Part shown: positions 27,109 through 39,126 of the stretch, piece after piece
How positions within the stretch are numbered: position 1 is the stretch's first letter
Layout: each line of letters starts with the position of its first letter
Assembly: GCA_964016885.1 (NCBI GenBank)
Contig: OZ024742.1
Span: 50,468,001 to 50,532,000, forward strand
Reading direction: 5' to 3'
DNA from: Eledone cirrhosa
Lineage: Eukaryota
Length of the DNA: 64,000 bases
Made by a program: the position numbers and the translations under genes
The notes under the pieces: model-generated
What the model was told of the DNA's origin: nothing
Database searches by the model: none
Seen by the model: only the letters and a program-made list of their open reading frames with translations

Positions 27109-27193
27109 GAAAAATAGAACGGGAACAAAACAGAGAGGCAGTACAACAAATGTTTATTAATTTCACGCTCTTGAGAGTGGAGTGGTGGTGGGG

Positions 27194-27228
27194 AACGACG
27201 TTTCGGGCATAAGCCCTTCTTCAGGTGA
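27194..27228 (-). ncRNA. Minimal hammerhead ribozyme motif at the PLE 3' end
   Basis: Minus strand TTCAC-CTGAAGA-AGGGC-TTAT-GCCC-GAAA-CGTC-GTT; sense to the PLE ORF; stem I weak. Confidence 0.75.
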
Positions 27229-28268
27229 AAAGTGTGTGGGAAGAGAGTTCAAAGGGTGTGTGGGGGAGTGGTGGAGAGACATATAGCAAAAAAGGGGTGA
27301 GAGGAAACGATGCAAATGAAATTAAAAATAAAGGCATGATCAAAATAAAATTAAAATGGGGTAAAACAGGTGGTGGAAATGTGTGGGGCGTGTAGGGGTG
27401 ATGGCGGGTGGAGTGGGGAGAGGGAGACGGGGTGTCCGAGCGGGGAGGGCTGAAGGTGGTGTGTGTGTGTAGGTGTACGTGTGTGTGTGTGTGTGTATGT
27501 GAAAGCAAGAGTTGGGGGAAGAACGGGATTGCATGTTCAGGAAGAGGTGTAAGTGGGGTTGGGTGTAGGTCGGAGTGTGTGTGCGTGTGTGTATAGAGGG
27601 GTGGGGGGAGAGGAATCCGGAGGCTGAATGTGTAAATATGTGGTGGTACCCACGTGTGTGTGGTGTTTAAGCGTGTTCTGGGTGTAGGTGGCGTGTGGGA
27701 AAACATTTTTTTTGGGGGGAGGGGGGGGGGGAGTCATAAAGGTGATTCCGTAAGATGTGGTGGAATGCTTAGTAAAATCCTTGGATGTGGTTGATTCCGG
27801 GAGAAAGGGTTGAATGCGGGTGAGTGGGGGTCAGTGGTGGTAGGGTGTGTAGAGAGGGTGGTGTAAGATGGTGTGTGTACGTATGCGTAGGGTGGGGGTG
27901 TTAGTGATGTTAGTTGCGTGTAGGGTGGGTGGTGTAAGTGGGTGTGTGTGTTCGTGTGCTTGGGGTCAGGGGTGTTAGTGATGTTAGTTGCGGGGTGGTG
28001 GGGTGGATGTGTGGGGGTGAGGGTTAGTGGTGGTAGTAGGGTGTGTGCTTAGTGTGAGCGCGTGTATATATGTGCCGGTGGGTGTGTGCGTGTGATAAGG
28101 AGGGGGGAAAGAAGGGAGGGATGTTAGTATGTTAGTGGGGGAAGGGTGTCGGATGCGGGGTGGAGTGGAGGTGTTAGTATTGTTAGTTGTGGGGTGGGCG
28201 GTGAAAAGGAAGGGTGTGTTAGTTGTGTTAGTGGGAGATATGTAAGAGGGGAGGGGGGCGGTCGAAGG

Positions 28269-30095
28269 CTAAAGGAATAAGGGTGGGGAGTTCAGCCCGG
28301 GGGGAGTGTGGGTCTGTAAGATGAAGATGGTTCGTTGTTCAACTCTTAGGAGATTGGCGGGTGTTCCGTGGAATTGAAGTAGGCTACAGACTGTGAGATG
28401 GCGTGCGGAATGTCCAGGGGCACCAAAGTTGCGGGCGATGGGGGAACTACCACCGAGACGAATATCCCGGAGGTGCTCAGCAAATCTGTCCGCCAGGCGA
28501 CGTCAAGTCTGTCCGACGTAAGTCGTGCTGCACGAGTGCAGCGAAGTCCGTAGACTAGGTTGGAGGAGGTGCAGCGGAAGGCATGCCGGACAGAGAGAGA
28601 GTGGCCGCTGGGACCCTGGAAGTTTGTAGTGTTGGTGATGTGGGGACAGGTGTTGCAGCGGGGCCTAGAACAGGGAAAGGAACCGGGGGGGGATAGAGCG
28701 TGGGTTGGGGGTTAGGGAGCTGTGGACGAGGAGGCTGCGGAGATAGCGTGCGCGTTTGAAGGAGGGGAGTGGTGGGGCTGGGAAGATGTGGGAGGTGGAG
28801 GGGTTTGACTGGAGGCGTCGGAAGAGGCGGAGGATGGTGCGGTGGAGGGTTATGGTGGAGGGGTGGTAGGTGATGGGGAAGGGGAGACGGTGGGTGGGTG
28901 TGCGGTGGCGTGGGGTGAGGGTGGTGGAGCGGTGGACAGCACGGGCGCGGGTGAGGGCGGTGTGGACGAGATAGGGGGGGTAACCTCTGTGGATGAAATG
29001 GCTGACTAGGGAAAGGGCCTGGGACTCAAAGTCGGCATCTCGGCTACAGAGGCGCGGATCCTGAGGAGATGGGAGTAGGGAATAGAGTGTTTAGTGTGTG
29101 TGGGGTGGGAAGAGGTGAAGTCGAGGTAAGAGTGGGAGTCGGTTGGTTTGAAGAAGGCGGAGGTGACGAGGGAGTGGTGGGAGGGGTCGAAGGCGACGGA
29201 GATGTCTAAGAAGTGGACGTGGGTTGTGGATATAGAGGTGGTGAAGTGGAGGGAGGGGTGGAATGAGCAGAAGAAGGAGAGAAAGGAGTCGAGCTGTTCT
29301 CGGGTGAGGGTCGTGGCTCCGATACAGTCGTCGATGTAACGAGTGCACAGTTCGGGCGTGGGGCCGGTGTACTGGGCAAAGATTTGTGCCTCAACATGGC
29401 CAACAAAAAGGTTGGCATAGTTTGGGCCCATTCTTATACCCATGGATACCACCGTGACCTGTTGGTAAAACTCACCCGAGAAGGAGAAACAATTGAGGGT
29501 GAGGACCAACTCGGCGAGGCGAAGGAGGGTGGGGTGGATGGAATGAGGGAGGGGCGAAGATCGAGGTAGTGTTTGAGGGCGCGTAGGCCGTCGGCGTGGG
29601 GGATGACGGTATAGAGGGACTTGATGTGTAGGGTGAAGAGGAAGGGCTGTGGGCCGTGTGGGTAGGTGAAGGAGTCGAAAAGGCGCAGGGCGTGGTTGGT
29701 GTCGGAGAAGTGGGAGGGGAGGGTGGTGACAAGGGGGGCGAGGTTGGAGTCGAGAAAGGCGCAGATGAGTTCGGTGGGGCAGTTGCAAACGGAGATGTTG
29801 GGGCGGCCGGCGTTGTCGGGTTTGTGGAGTTTGGGGAGGAAGTAGATGGTGGGGGTGCGGGGGGTGCTGATGATGAGGTGGGAAGCGGTTGTGGGGAGGA
29901 GGGAGGAGGAGACAAGGTGATGGATGGTGGAGGAAACTTGTTGTTGGTAGAGGGGTGTGGGATCGGAGGGTAGAGGGCGGTAGAAGAGGGGTTATGGAGC
30001 TGCCTGAGGGCTTCGGCCGTGTAGAGGTCCGCGCGCCACACCACCACGGCGCCTCCCTTGTCCGCCGGTTTGATGACGATGTCATCTCGGCTACG
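28269..30095 (-). pseudogene. PLE RT + Zn finger + GIY-YIG ORF, frameshifted
   Basis: ORFs 29472-30047 and 29006-30241 carry parts of the RT; EN motifs read manually. Confidence 0.8.
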
Positions 30096-30099
30096 GTGG

Positions 30100-30183
<84 letters not shown>

Positions 30184-30707
30184 CCAATTGAGTTCTTAGC
30201 ACGTGGCCTGAATTCCTTTCAGAATTCATTGTCACGCGCATGTATTGTTTTTTTGGGGGCGGTAATTCACTTCCTCATTTTTTGAATGAGTTCGAGCACT
30301 TCTTTCAGAACTGCTGGACTGGCAACCTGACAGATACCTCAGGCACAGAGAGTGATTATCGCTAAATGCTGATGTTGGTTAGATTATCAATATTAGTATT
30401 ATTGGGGCACCCACTGATGAATTATAGGAGCCCACTTGAATATATATCTATTGATGGTATACAAGCTCCTACATAAACTGGTATAATTTCATCCAAATTC
30501 GAGGAATCCTATAATGAAACGAGACGTCCGTCTGGGAAGAGATATATTAGATATGTCTCATTTGAAATAATACAGCGAATTTTCCACGCAATACTTTTAG
30601 TTAGCACCCCGAACACTTAATTGGGAGTATAATCACTTATTTCCTAATGTTTGTTGAGTGAGTTGGAATTTGGCCGGAGTATCGCTAAAACGCTTTCTCC
30701 GATATTG

Positions 30708-30785
<78 letters not shown>

Positions 30786-30806
30786 CACATATATATATAT
30801 ACATAT

Positions 30807-30866
<60 letters not shown>

Positions 30867-30993
30867 AAAGTTATATTTAAATTGTTGGGTTACAACTAGT
30901 AAATATTTATAACTGATATAAAAGCACTCAACAAGTATTTGGAGTATATTTACGATATTAAATAAATGGAAACTATATTTATAAAACCATATT

Positions 30994-31059
30994 TATTTCA
31001 TTATATATATTTCAGGGATATCATATTAACAATATGCTATGCCTTCCTCAGACAAAATA
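30994..31059 (-). ncRNA. Hammerhead ribozyme motif (type I)
   Basis: Minus strand TATTTTGT-CTGAGGA-AGGCATAGCATATT(gtt)AATATGATATCCCT-GAAA-TATATATA-ATGAAATA. Confidence 0.8.
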
Positions 31060-32173
31060 CAATATAGACAGTTTTATAGATAAATAGATTTGACATACCG
31101 TTCAACATCGACTTGTATTTGAAAAGTTGATTTGGCAGTGAAAAAATTGTAAACAGAAAGAAATAAAGAGAGAAAGAAGGAAAGAAAGAAAAGAAAGAAA
31201 GAAAGAAAACGAAGAAAAAGAAAAAGAATAAAAAGAAGAAATGCATGTAACAAAATAGAGAGATGGAAAGATAGATAAGGAGAAGAACTTCATGCAAAGA
31301 AACAGAGAGATATATATATAGAGAGAGGAAATAGATAGAGATAGATATATATAGAGAACAGTGGGTAGTTGGACATCCGTTGAATAAACGTATCAATGAT
31401 ACATTTATTTATTTATTTATTTATTTATTTAGCTCTAGTATTAATGTAAGGGAGATATATGTGGTTAGGAGAGAAACCAGCTGTTATATAGAGAGAAAAA
31501 TGAAAAGTAACCAGACATAGGCGAGGCATAAAAACCCTATGTTTTAATGTAGAAGTATTAGTATGTATAAAACCCAGGCACTATAATGTAAATATCAGTA
31601 TTCCTGAATGAGACACGTATCCATAATGTGTGAAAAGTAATGATCTTATGTTTAGTTTTAAAAATTCATATGTTTATATGATAACTACAAACATCGATGT
31701 GAATTTACGTGAACAACTCTGCAAATCCCAATTTCACATGGAGAACATTCTCATTGTGCTATAAAAATTTAAGTATACATATATGTGTATATATATACAC
31801 ATATATATAGAGTCTATATTCATTTTAACAATACTATTCTTGTCTTTACTCCACATGATTATCTATCAAGCAGAAATAGAGAACAGATTTCAATATATTA
31901 ATAAAAATATCAGAAACAAAAACAAAAAAATAATAACAATAATAATAATAAATAATAAAATTAAAAAATATTACGAAAAAATATTACATATTAAAAATAA
32001 AAATATTAGAAAATACTACAATAATAAAAATAAACCACAAAGATCAACCCTTCAAAATTAATTGACAATATATTGCCAAGTTCATTATAAGCATCAGAGT
32101 CGAAAACAGATAAAGCTAAAAATTATTTATCAAATCGCGTCTAGCAAAAAACATTTTAATCAATTCGCTACAT

Positions 32174-33364
32174 ATGAAAATACCTGGTGCTACCGGAGGT
32201 TTATATAGAGATGACATGCTTTTACTTATTAATAATAATAACTCTGAACTAAATAGAAAAAGTAAACAAATTACACAATTTTTTAATTACTTTAATCTTA
32301 AAATAAAAATTGAGAACAACCATAGAATAGTCAATTTCCTAGATATAACATTAAATCTCAACACATGTCTTCACTATCCTTTTCACAAGTTGAATGAAAA
32401 CTTAAACTATGTCAGCTTTAAGTCTAACCACCCCAGATCTGTCAAAAACACTATAGTAAACTCTGTTCAAAAACGTATCTCTAGAATCTCGTCTAATAGA
32501 ATGATTTTCGACGAAAAAGCCCAGTACTACAATGAAGCGTTAGCTAGAGCAGGATATAGTGATAAGATTATGTACATAGATAATGATAGACAAACTAAAC
32601 AAAATAACAACTATTTTAATTACGGCAACAACCTTAACAACTATAATAGAAAGCATTACAATAATTCCAAAAGCCAAAAAAGAAATAGAACTAGGAACAT
32701 AATTTGGTTTGCCCCCCCTTTCTCACTAAACATTAAAACCCACATCGCTAAACTATTTTTTAAAGCTCTTGATAATCGCTTCCCTAGAACACATAGGTAT
32801 CACTCAATTTTCAATAGACATACTATAAAATTAACCTACTCATCCACCAAAAATTTAGCACAAAATATTAATAGAATAAATAATAGGAACTTAAAACCTA
32901 GTGGTAATAGCATAAATAATATACAAGTTAACAAATGTAACTGTAGAGATAGATCTAAATGTCCGTTAAATAGCAACTGCTTAGTTAAAAATATAATATA
33001 CAATTGTAATGTTAAAACTGACTCTAATTCTTTTAACTACGTCGGTTCCACATCGACGGAATTTAAACTTCGCTATAATAACCACAAGAATTCTTTCACA
33101 GATCCAAGCAAAAAATCTTCAACAGCACTATCAGGCGTACTCTGGCAACTTAAGCTAGATAACGTTAGATATTCGACGGCTTGGAATATAGTCTCAAGAG
33201 GGATTCCTTTTAATTCATCCTCTGAGACATGTGACCTCTGCGCAGAGGAGATATTCTTTATACTAAAATCTAAAAATTCCCTTAATCTACGGACAAATTT
33301 ATTCAGTTGCTGCAAACATAGATTAAACTCAACTTTTAAATATAAATTTAAATTTAAAATGTAG
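32174..33364 (+). CDS. PLE polyprotein, 5'-truncated but uninterrupted 396 aa (RT palm/thumb + GIY-YIG-type endonuclease)
   Basis: GLYRDD, NFLDITL, SNHP, RNIIWFAPPFS, CNCR..CPL..CL..NIIY..YVGST..FKLRY..H, CDLC..E, LN.R..CKH. Confidence 0.88.
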   Translation: MKIPGATGGLYRDDMLLLINNNNSELNRKSKQITQFFNYFNLKIKIENNHRIVNFLDITLNLNTCLHYPFHKLNENLNYVSFKSNHPRSVKNTIVNSVQKRISRISSNRMIFDEKAQYYNEALARAGYSDKIMYIDNDRQTKQNNNYFNYGNNLNNYNRKHYNNSKSQKRNRTRNIIWFAPPFSLNIKTHIAKLFFKALDNRFPRTHRYHSIFNRHTIKLTYSSTKNLAQNINRINNRNLKPSGNSINNIQVNKCNCRDRSKCPLNSNCLVKNIIYNCNVKTDSNSFNYVGSTSTEFKLRYNNHKNSFTDPSKKSSTALSGVLWQLKLDNVRYSTAWNIVSRGIPFNSSSETCDLCAEEIFFILKSKNSLNLRTNLFSCCKHRLNSTFKYKFKFKM

Positions 33365-34693
33365 TATATTTAGTTTGATTTATAATTATTTGGGAAACTA
33401 GCCGATAAATCTTTCGATTTCTTCTTTTTATTCTTCTTTTTATTTTTATTTTTATTTTTATTTAAACATTCTTCATGAAAAATTAAACTACCCTAAAAGT
33501 TGATGCTCCAAATATTTCGAATAAACGTTACACTAGATAAACTTCTATATTAAATATAAGAACACATGTAGACCAAATGGGCATCCTAAACTTTTTGAAA
33601 TGTTTTTTGCTAGACGCGATTTGATAAATAATTTTTAGCTTTATCTGTTTTCGACTCTGATGCTTATAATGAACTTGGCAATATATTGTCAATTAATTTT
33701 GAAGGGTTGATCTTTGTGGTTTATTTTTATTATTGTAGTATTTTCTAATATTTTTATTTTTAATATGTAATATTTTTTCGTAATATTTTTTAATTTTATT
33801 ATTTATTATTATTATTGTTATTATTTTTTTGTTTTTGTTTCTGATATTTTTATTAATATATTGAAATCTGTTCTCTATTTCTGCTTGATAGATAATCATG
33901 TGGAGTAAAGACAAGAATAGTATTGTTAAAATGAATATAGACTCTATATATATGTGTATATATATACACATATATGTATACTTAAATTTTTATAGCACAA
34001 TGAGAATGTTCTCCATGTGAAATTGGGATTTGCAGAGTTGTTCACGTAAATTCACATCGATGTTTGTAGTTATCATATAAACATATGAATTTTTAAAACT
34101 AAACATAAGATCATTACTTTTCACACATTATGGATACGTGTCTCATTCAGGAATACTGATATTTACATTATAGTGCCTGGTTTTTATACATACTAATACT
34201 TCTACATTAAAACATAGGGTTTTTATGCCTCGCCTATGTCTGGTTACTTTTCATTTTTCTCTATATATAACAGCTGGTCTCTCTCCTAACCACATATATC
34301 TCCCTTACATTAATACTAGAGCTAAATAAATAAATAAATAAATAAATAAATGTATCATTGATACGTTTATTCAACGGATGTCCAACTACCCACTTTTCTC
34401 TATATATATCTATCTCTATCTATTTCCTCTCTCTATATATATCTCTCTCTGTTTCTTTGCATGAAGTTCTTCTCTTTATCTATCTTTCCATCTCTCTATT
34501 TTGTTACATGCATTTCTTCTTTTTCTTCTTTTTCTTTTTCTTCGTTTTCTTTCTTTCTTTCTTTTCTTTCTCTCCTTCTTTCTCTCTTTTTTCTTTCTGT
34601 TTACAATTTTTTCACTGCCAAATCAACTTTTCAAATACAAGTCGATGTTGAACGGTATGTCAAATCTATTTATCTATAAAACTGTCTATATTG

Positions 34694-34759
34694 TTTTTTG
34701 TCTGAGGAAGGCATAGCATATTGTTAATATGATATCCCTGAAATATATATAATGAAATA
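34694..34759 (+). ncRNA. Hammerhead ribozyme motif (type I), sense to the PLE ORF
   Basis: TTTTTTGT-CTGAGGA-stem II-GAAA-TATATATA-ATGAAATA. Confidence 0.8.
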
Positions 34760-34825
34760 AATATGGTTTTATAAATATAGTTTCCATTTATTTAATATCG
34801 TAAATATATATATATATATATATAT

Positions 34826-35743
34826 AACGAAGGAAGTGCGGTACGGAACCAGGTGCACAATAACGCACCAGTGTACTCGATACTTAGGGTAGTAGAGTGG
34901 GTAATAGGATAAGAGTCAGGACCCCGACGGCCGGGGCTCCGCCGTCGGGGTCCTTACACTTTTCCTACATATAGCTGTCACAATGCTTTCCCTCCTGTTT
35001 TAGATACTTTCCTCTAGATACTTTCCTTCTTTTTTGTTACAACTCCATTTTGTTACTACTCCATTTCTACAATCTCTAAATTTCTTATTTCTTATCATTT
35101 GATTCTGAACTTATTAACCTGTAATTGTAAGATAGCATTGGATGATTACGCTTTACTATTTATAGCAGCTGTGCTAGACCCCCTGTAAAGCCTGCTTTAA
35201 ATTTTTTTCACTACTAACTCAATCTCTTACTTAGTATTTTTCCCATTCTCTACCTATTATACTTTTCTATAGCTTAGCAATCCTTACTTATAGCAACTGT
35301 TTATAGACTCTACTGCTTTTGTTTTTTTTTATTCATTTCTCACTATCAACATTTTTTAAATATATGTATTAGTTTTTTATTATTATTTTTATTTTACTCC
35401 CTTTCGACTTACCTATTCCTTCAACTCCCTCCTCCTTTTCTCCAGTACAATTTTTCGACTTTCATACTTTATCCTTAGAATCTGCTGTATAGATTTCACT
35501 TTCAACGCCTGACTGGCTTTCTTCACTCCTTCTTTGTTCTACCGGCAAGTTCAGCCACCCCTAACTCCCACCAAATGCCATGATAGATTTATTTGTCTTT
35601 ATAACAAATTTTAACCAATCCTCTTGACAATTACTATCTCCCCATAGAAGAAAGTACCCTTGATAAGTTTGGCTATTTATTTTACCAGGCTAAACATTCT
35701 TACTTAGTCGAAACGGCTTGAGCTCTGCCGTCGGGGTCATACT
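34826..35743 (+). mobile_element. Non-coding PLE terminal-repeat fragment(s) of the 39127-41845 family, with inverted tail and a 13-bp perfect hairpin junction
   Basis: AACGAAGG.. start; GGACCCCGACGGC/GCCGTCGGGGTCC hairpin at ~34919-34953; 35470-35743 aligns to 41510-41840. Confidence 0.78.
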
Positions 35744-36109
35744 ATATATATATATATGCGTATTTGTGTGTATGTGTGGATTTATGTGTGTGTGCGTATG
35801 TGCATGTATATGTGGCTGTACGTCTGTGCATCGATTCCAATTGTTATGTCTACAGCTTTAATGCTGAGCCAAAACAATTACTGTTTGCAATTACAGTTAA
35901 GAAATCAGATTTAAATGAAAATATAGTGTATGCTGCGGTAACTGCGCCACCTTAGGTTTGTATATTAGCATCAAGAATTCAATTCCTAAATTTCTGATTG
36001 TTGTCTATGTATTTACAAAAATACACCAGCGTATCAGATGTTAATCTAAGAGAAATAGTCTTCTTTGCACCTTCATTGAATCGTTTTGTACTGGAATAAT
36101 GCCACATTA

Positions 36110-36478
36110 TTGGCAGTGTCGGTGGAGGGTCGGACATGCTTTCGAGCATAGTTACGTCCCTTTACGATCTCAGTTCAAATCCCGCCGAGGCTAACTTTGA
36201 CTTTTATCCTTACGGGGTCAATAAAATAAAGTACCAGTAATGTACTGGGTAATTGCTGGCCTTGTGCCAAAAGTAGAAACAATTATTTATTGGATGTGGA
36301 TTAGCAGTATCGGTAGAGCGTTAGACACCATAATTTGCAGCATAGAATTATGGCCCTTGGCATTCTGAGTTCAAATCCGGCCGAGGTTAACTTTGCCTTT
36401 CCGAAGGGTCGATAATATAAAGTACTAGTAGTGAACTTGGTAATTGCTGGCCTTGAGCCAAAAGTAGAAACAATTATT
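36110..36478 (+). mobile_element. Two head-to-tail SINE copies (36110-36285; 36296-36478)
   Basis: Each has box A/B and the GCCAAAAGTAGAAACAATTA end. Confidence 0.85.
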
Positions 36479-36667
36479 TATTGGATGTAAAAGTGTTACT
36501 ACTCATATAAACAACTCAAAATAAAATAGATTTTTAAGACTTTTTTTATTGTATTACAGTTTAGAGTGTTTCAAATTGACGTTTGAATCTCATGCACTGA
36601 TCTTTATTTGATATAGTCTTAGAATGTTTAAGGTTTCTTGTATTATTACGCAACAGAATAGTTCCTA

Positions 36668-37085
36668 GATTGGCAGAATCGTTAGAACATCTGGCAATAG
36701 GCTTTGAGTTTCTTTATATTCTGAGTTCAAATATTGCCATGGCCATATTTGCCGTTCTTATTTCTGTGCTCCATAAAATACAGACCGATTAAGTACAGGG
36801 GCGATTTAATCGATGTTCCCTTCCCACAAAATTGCAGACCTTGTGCTAAATTAAAAATTATTGAGAATTGTTTAATATGAGTATCGCTGGTGCGGCGAAC
36901 AAGTTGCTTTGCGCTGTTTAGCTACGGCTTTCTTCGTTCTGAGTTCAAGTCCATTTGAAGTCAGCATTGCCTATTACGCATCCATGTTCGATGAAATAAA
37001 GTGCCAGGTAAGATTTGGGAGTCAATATAGTTAAATTGCTCCTTCCCCAAATCGCAAATATTGTGTCAATATTTAAAATAATTGT
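36668..37085 (+). mobile_element. Two diverged SINE copies
   Basis: TTGGCAGAATCGTTAG..CTGAGTTCAAAT..GATTTAATCGA; second CTGAGTTCAAG..AAATAAAGTGCCAG. Confidence 0.55.
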
Positions 37086-38937
37086 TATGCATAAAAATGA
37101 CTTAAGAAGGAATAGGATAAGTCTTTGTTTCACACTGTTTTTATTTTTCCAAATTCATTGAGGTGATTTACAGCTGATCCAATTGTTATTTAATTACATT
37201 AATTATTCATGTGTGTGTGCGTATATGCATGTATATGTGGCTGTACGTCTATGCATCGATTCCAACATACATATGCTTTTCTCATCTATTTTCTCCATTC
37301 TTTGTAAAATGTAGTGGGGTGATTTAAAACAGACATGCCTATTATATCTAGCAGGTTGATGAATAGTGTTGAATCAGTGGTATATGCTTTGAGGGTAAAC
37401 AATTGTTAAATGTCGTAAATTATTGTACATCAAACATTTGATACAGCTTAATAGATTCTGGAAATAACAACAAAAAGGAGTAGACACGACTGTTTGAACC
37501 TTGCTCTACGGCTCCCCACTATTCCTCTGCCTATACAGTAGAAAGTAAATGTTTCAGTGGAAACGAAATACTTTAGTGTATTGCCACAGAGTATAGAGAT
37601 CAACTTTCTTATCTACGGATACGTACTACAATAGAAAATAGGTTGTATATACTTTTAATTAAATATGATAGAAATATTGACATGTAAGTAACCCTAGTTG
37701 AAGCTTTACCAACTTGTGTGCTAGTGTAATGCAAATAGAAACATAGTTTTGCATAAATGAAGCAAAATATGGAAGGAAGGGGCCTTATATTTAAAATACA
37801 GGATTTAATTGTTATCATGCCACCAACTAAAGACAATGTTCTTACACTGTTATTATAAGGTCAAAGGCACTGCAAATAAGAAATTGCTTTCGTGGTAGTG
37901 ACAATGTCTAGTGGTTGTTAATTATCTGAAATAAAATCCGGTAAGGACATTGCCTTTCCTAATTCGGTGGTCGATAAATTCGTAGCCATTGAAAACTTGA
38001 TCTGTATAATCAAGTATTCATATAATCAAATATGATATAAGTCATTTTTTGACCGAGATAGAAATATATATTATTATCCTCATTGACCTTATACATTTGG
38101 TTTATGTCAATAAGGTGTCTTTCTCTATTTTACTACAGCACCTTTCATTAATATCCTAACACTTTTAACTATGTGAATTGCAGGAACCAGGCTTAATTTA
38201 CGTTTCAATAAATAGGCTTTAGTTTATCTCAGATAATATATTTTATGACCGTAATTTACTTTTAAACATAATTATCTAAAGTCAAACAGGAAATATAGGC
38301 TGACAGCAATGACGCCAAGGTGAATTTCAATATCATAGAAATATTATACACCTATTCTCTATGATTTCTTATATTACTAATTGATGTTACAGCCTTGGAA
38401 ATAAAACTCCCAAACAAGGATTAATTACAGTACAAAGCTTAGAAAACTACTTTTACATATGACAATGTTTGTAACATGATAGAGTTTAAATAGATAGCAT
38501 TTGATGAAAAAATGATATTAGTTTACATTCGTGAAACGCAATACTGCCTACAGAAACATCCATGAAATACAATCAAATATATACGAGGTAAATCTATGCT
38601 TGCAAAATTAAAAATGCAATCATATTAGTAAGTATGTGACATTAATATTAGATCAAGACTATTTATAACTGAATATTTATAAATAATAAATTTGAAATGC
38701 ACACGCTCACACACGCACGCGTACGCGCAAAAACATACATATAAATATAATTAACATACACACAGACATATATATATATATATTAATAATATATGTCTGT
38801 GTATCCCAATCGGGGTTAAACACAATAATCGAATGAAACAGTTTTAGTCCTGTAGAAGCCATTCCTATATTAAATATTATATATATATATATAATTATTT
38901 CCTGATCAGGTATTTTCAAATATCTCACTATGTTATA

Positions 38938-39011
38938 TTGCTTCATCTGACGAACGAATGCGGACGTCTCATGTGTCCGTCCTGTTCGGGAAAACTCGGG
39001 TAATGAGGTAA
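38938..39011 (+). ncRNA. Hammerhead ribozyme motif (type I, long stem II)
   Basis: TTGCTTCAT-CTGACGA-ACGAA..CGGAC(loop)GTCCG..TTCGG-GAAA-ACTCGGGTA-ATGAGGTAA; 9-bp stem I. Confidence 0.7.
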
Positions 39012-39126
39012 TTATACTATGTTGTTTATTATACATTAAATATTTAGCTCTGTAACTCACATAAAGCACTCTTCATTCCTTTTACCTTTTCCACGGAAAC
39101 TTCAAAACTTATATATAAGTATATAT

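Larger units (their letters stand above)
27108..30100 (-). mobile_element. Penelope-like element (Neptune-like), 5'-truncated, with C-rich 3' UTR and terminal hammerhead, in (TA)n
   Basis: LAELVLTLNCFSFSGEFYQQV..MGPNYANLF..RYIDD (29327-29338)..FLDISV..KPTDSHSYL..SSHP; downstream GSFPC..PRCNTC and GIY-YIG SSNLVY..TYVGQT..RLADRFAEH (~28470-28570). Confidence 0.9.
30863..34806 (+). mobile_element. Penelope-like element (Hydra-clade-like), fold-back with ~1.2 kb inverted arms (~30945-32156 / 33598-34806); tail 30863-30945 on the left arm only
   Basis: Mirror ORFs 31783-32061(+) and 33693-33971(-) translate identically; central RT/EN ORF; hammerheads in both arms. Confidence 0.92.

Noticed and set aside
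27230-28260. G-rich tract as an independent telomere-like or G-quadruplex element
   Set aside because: It is the complement of the C-rich 3' UTR of the Neptune-like PLE; there is no regular TTAGGG array.
35786-37265. ~55 bp direct repeat (35786-35841 / 37211-37265) as an LTR pair or TSD
   Set aside because: Largely low-complexity TG/TA sequence, and the interval holds only SINEs with no element hallmarks.
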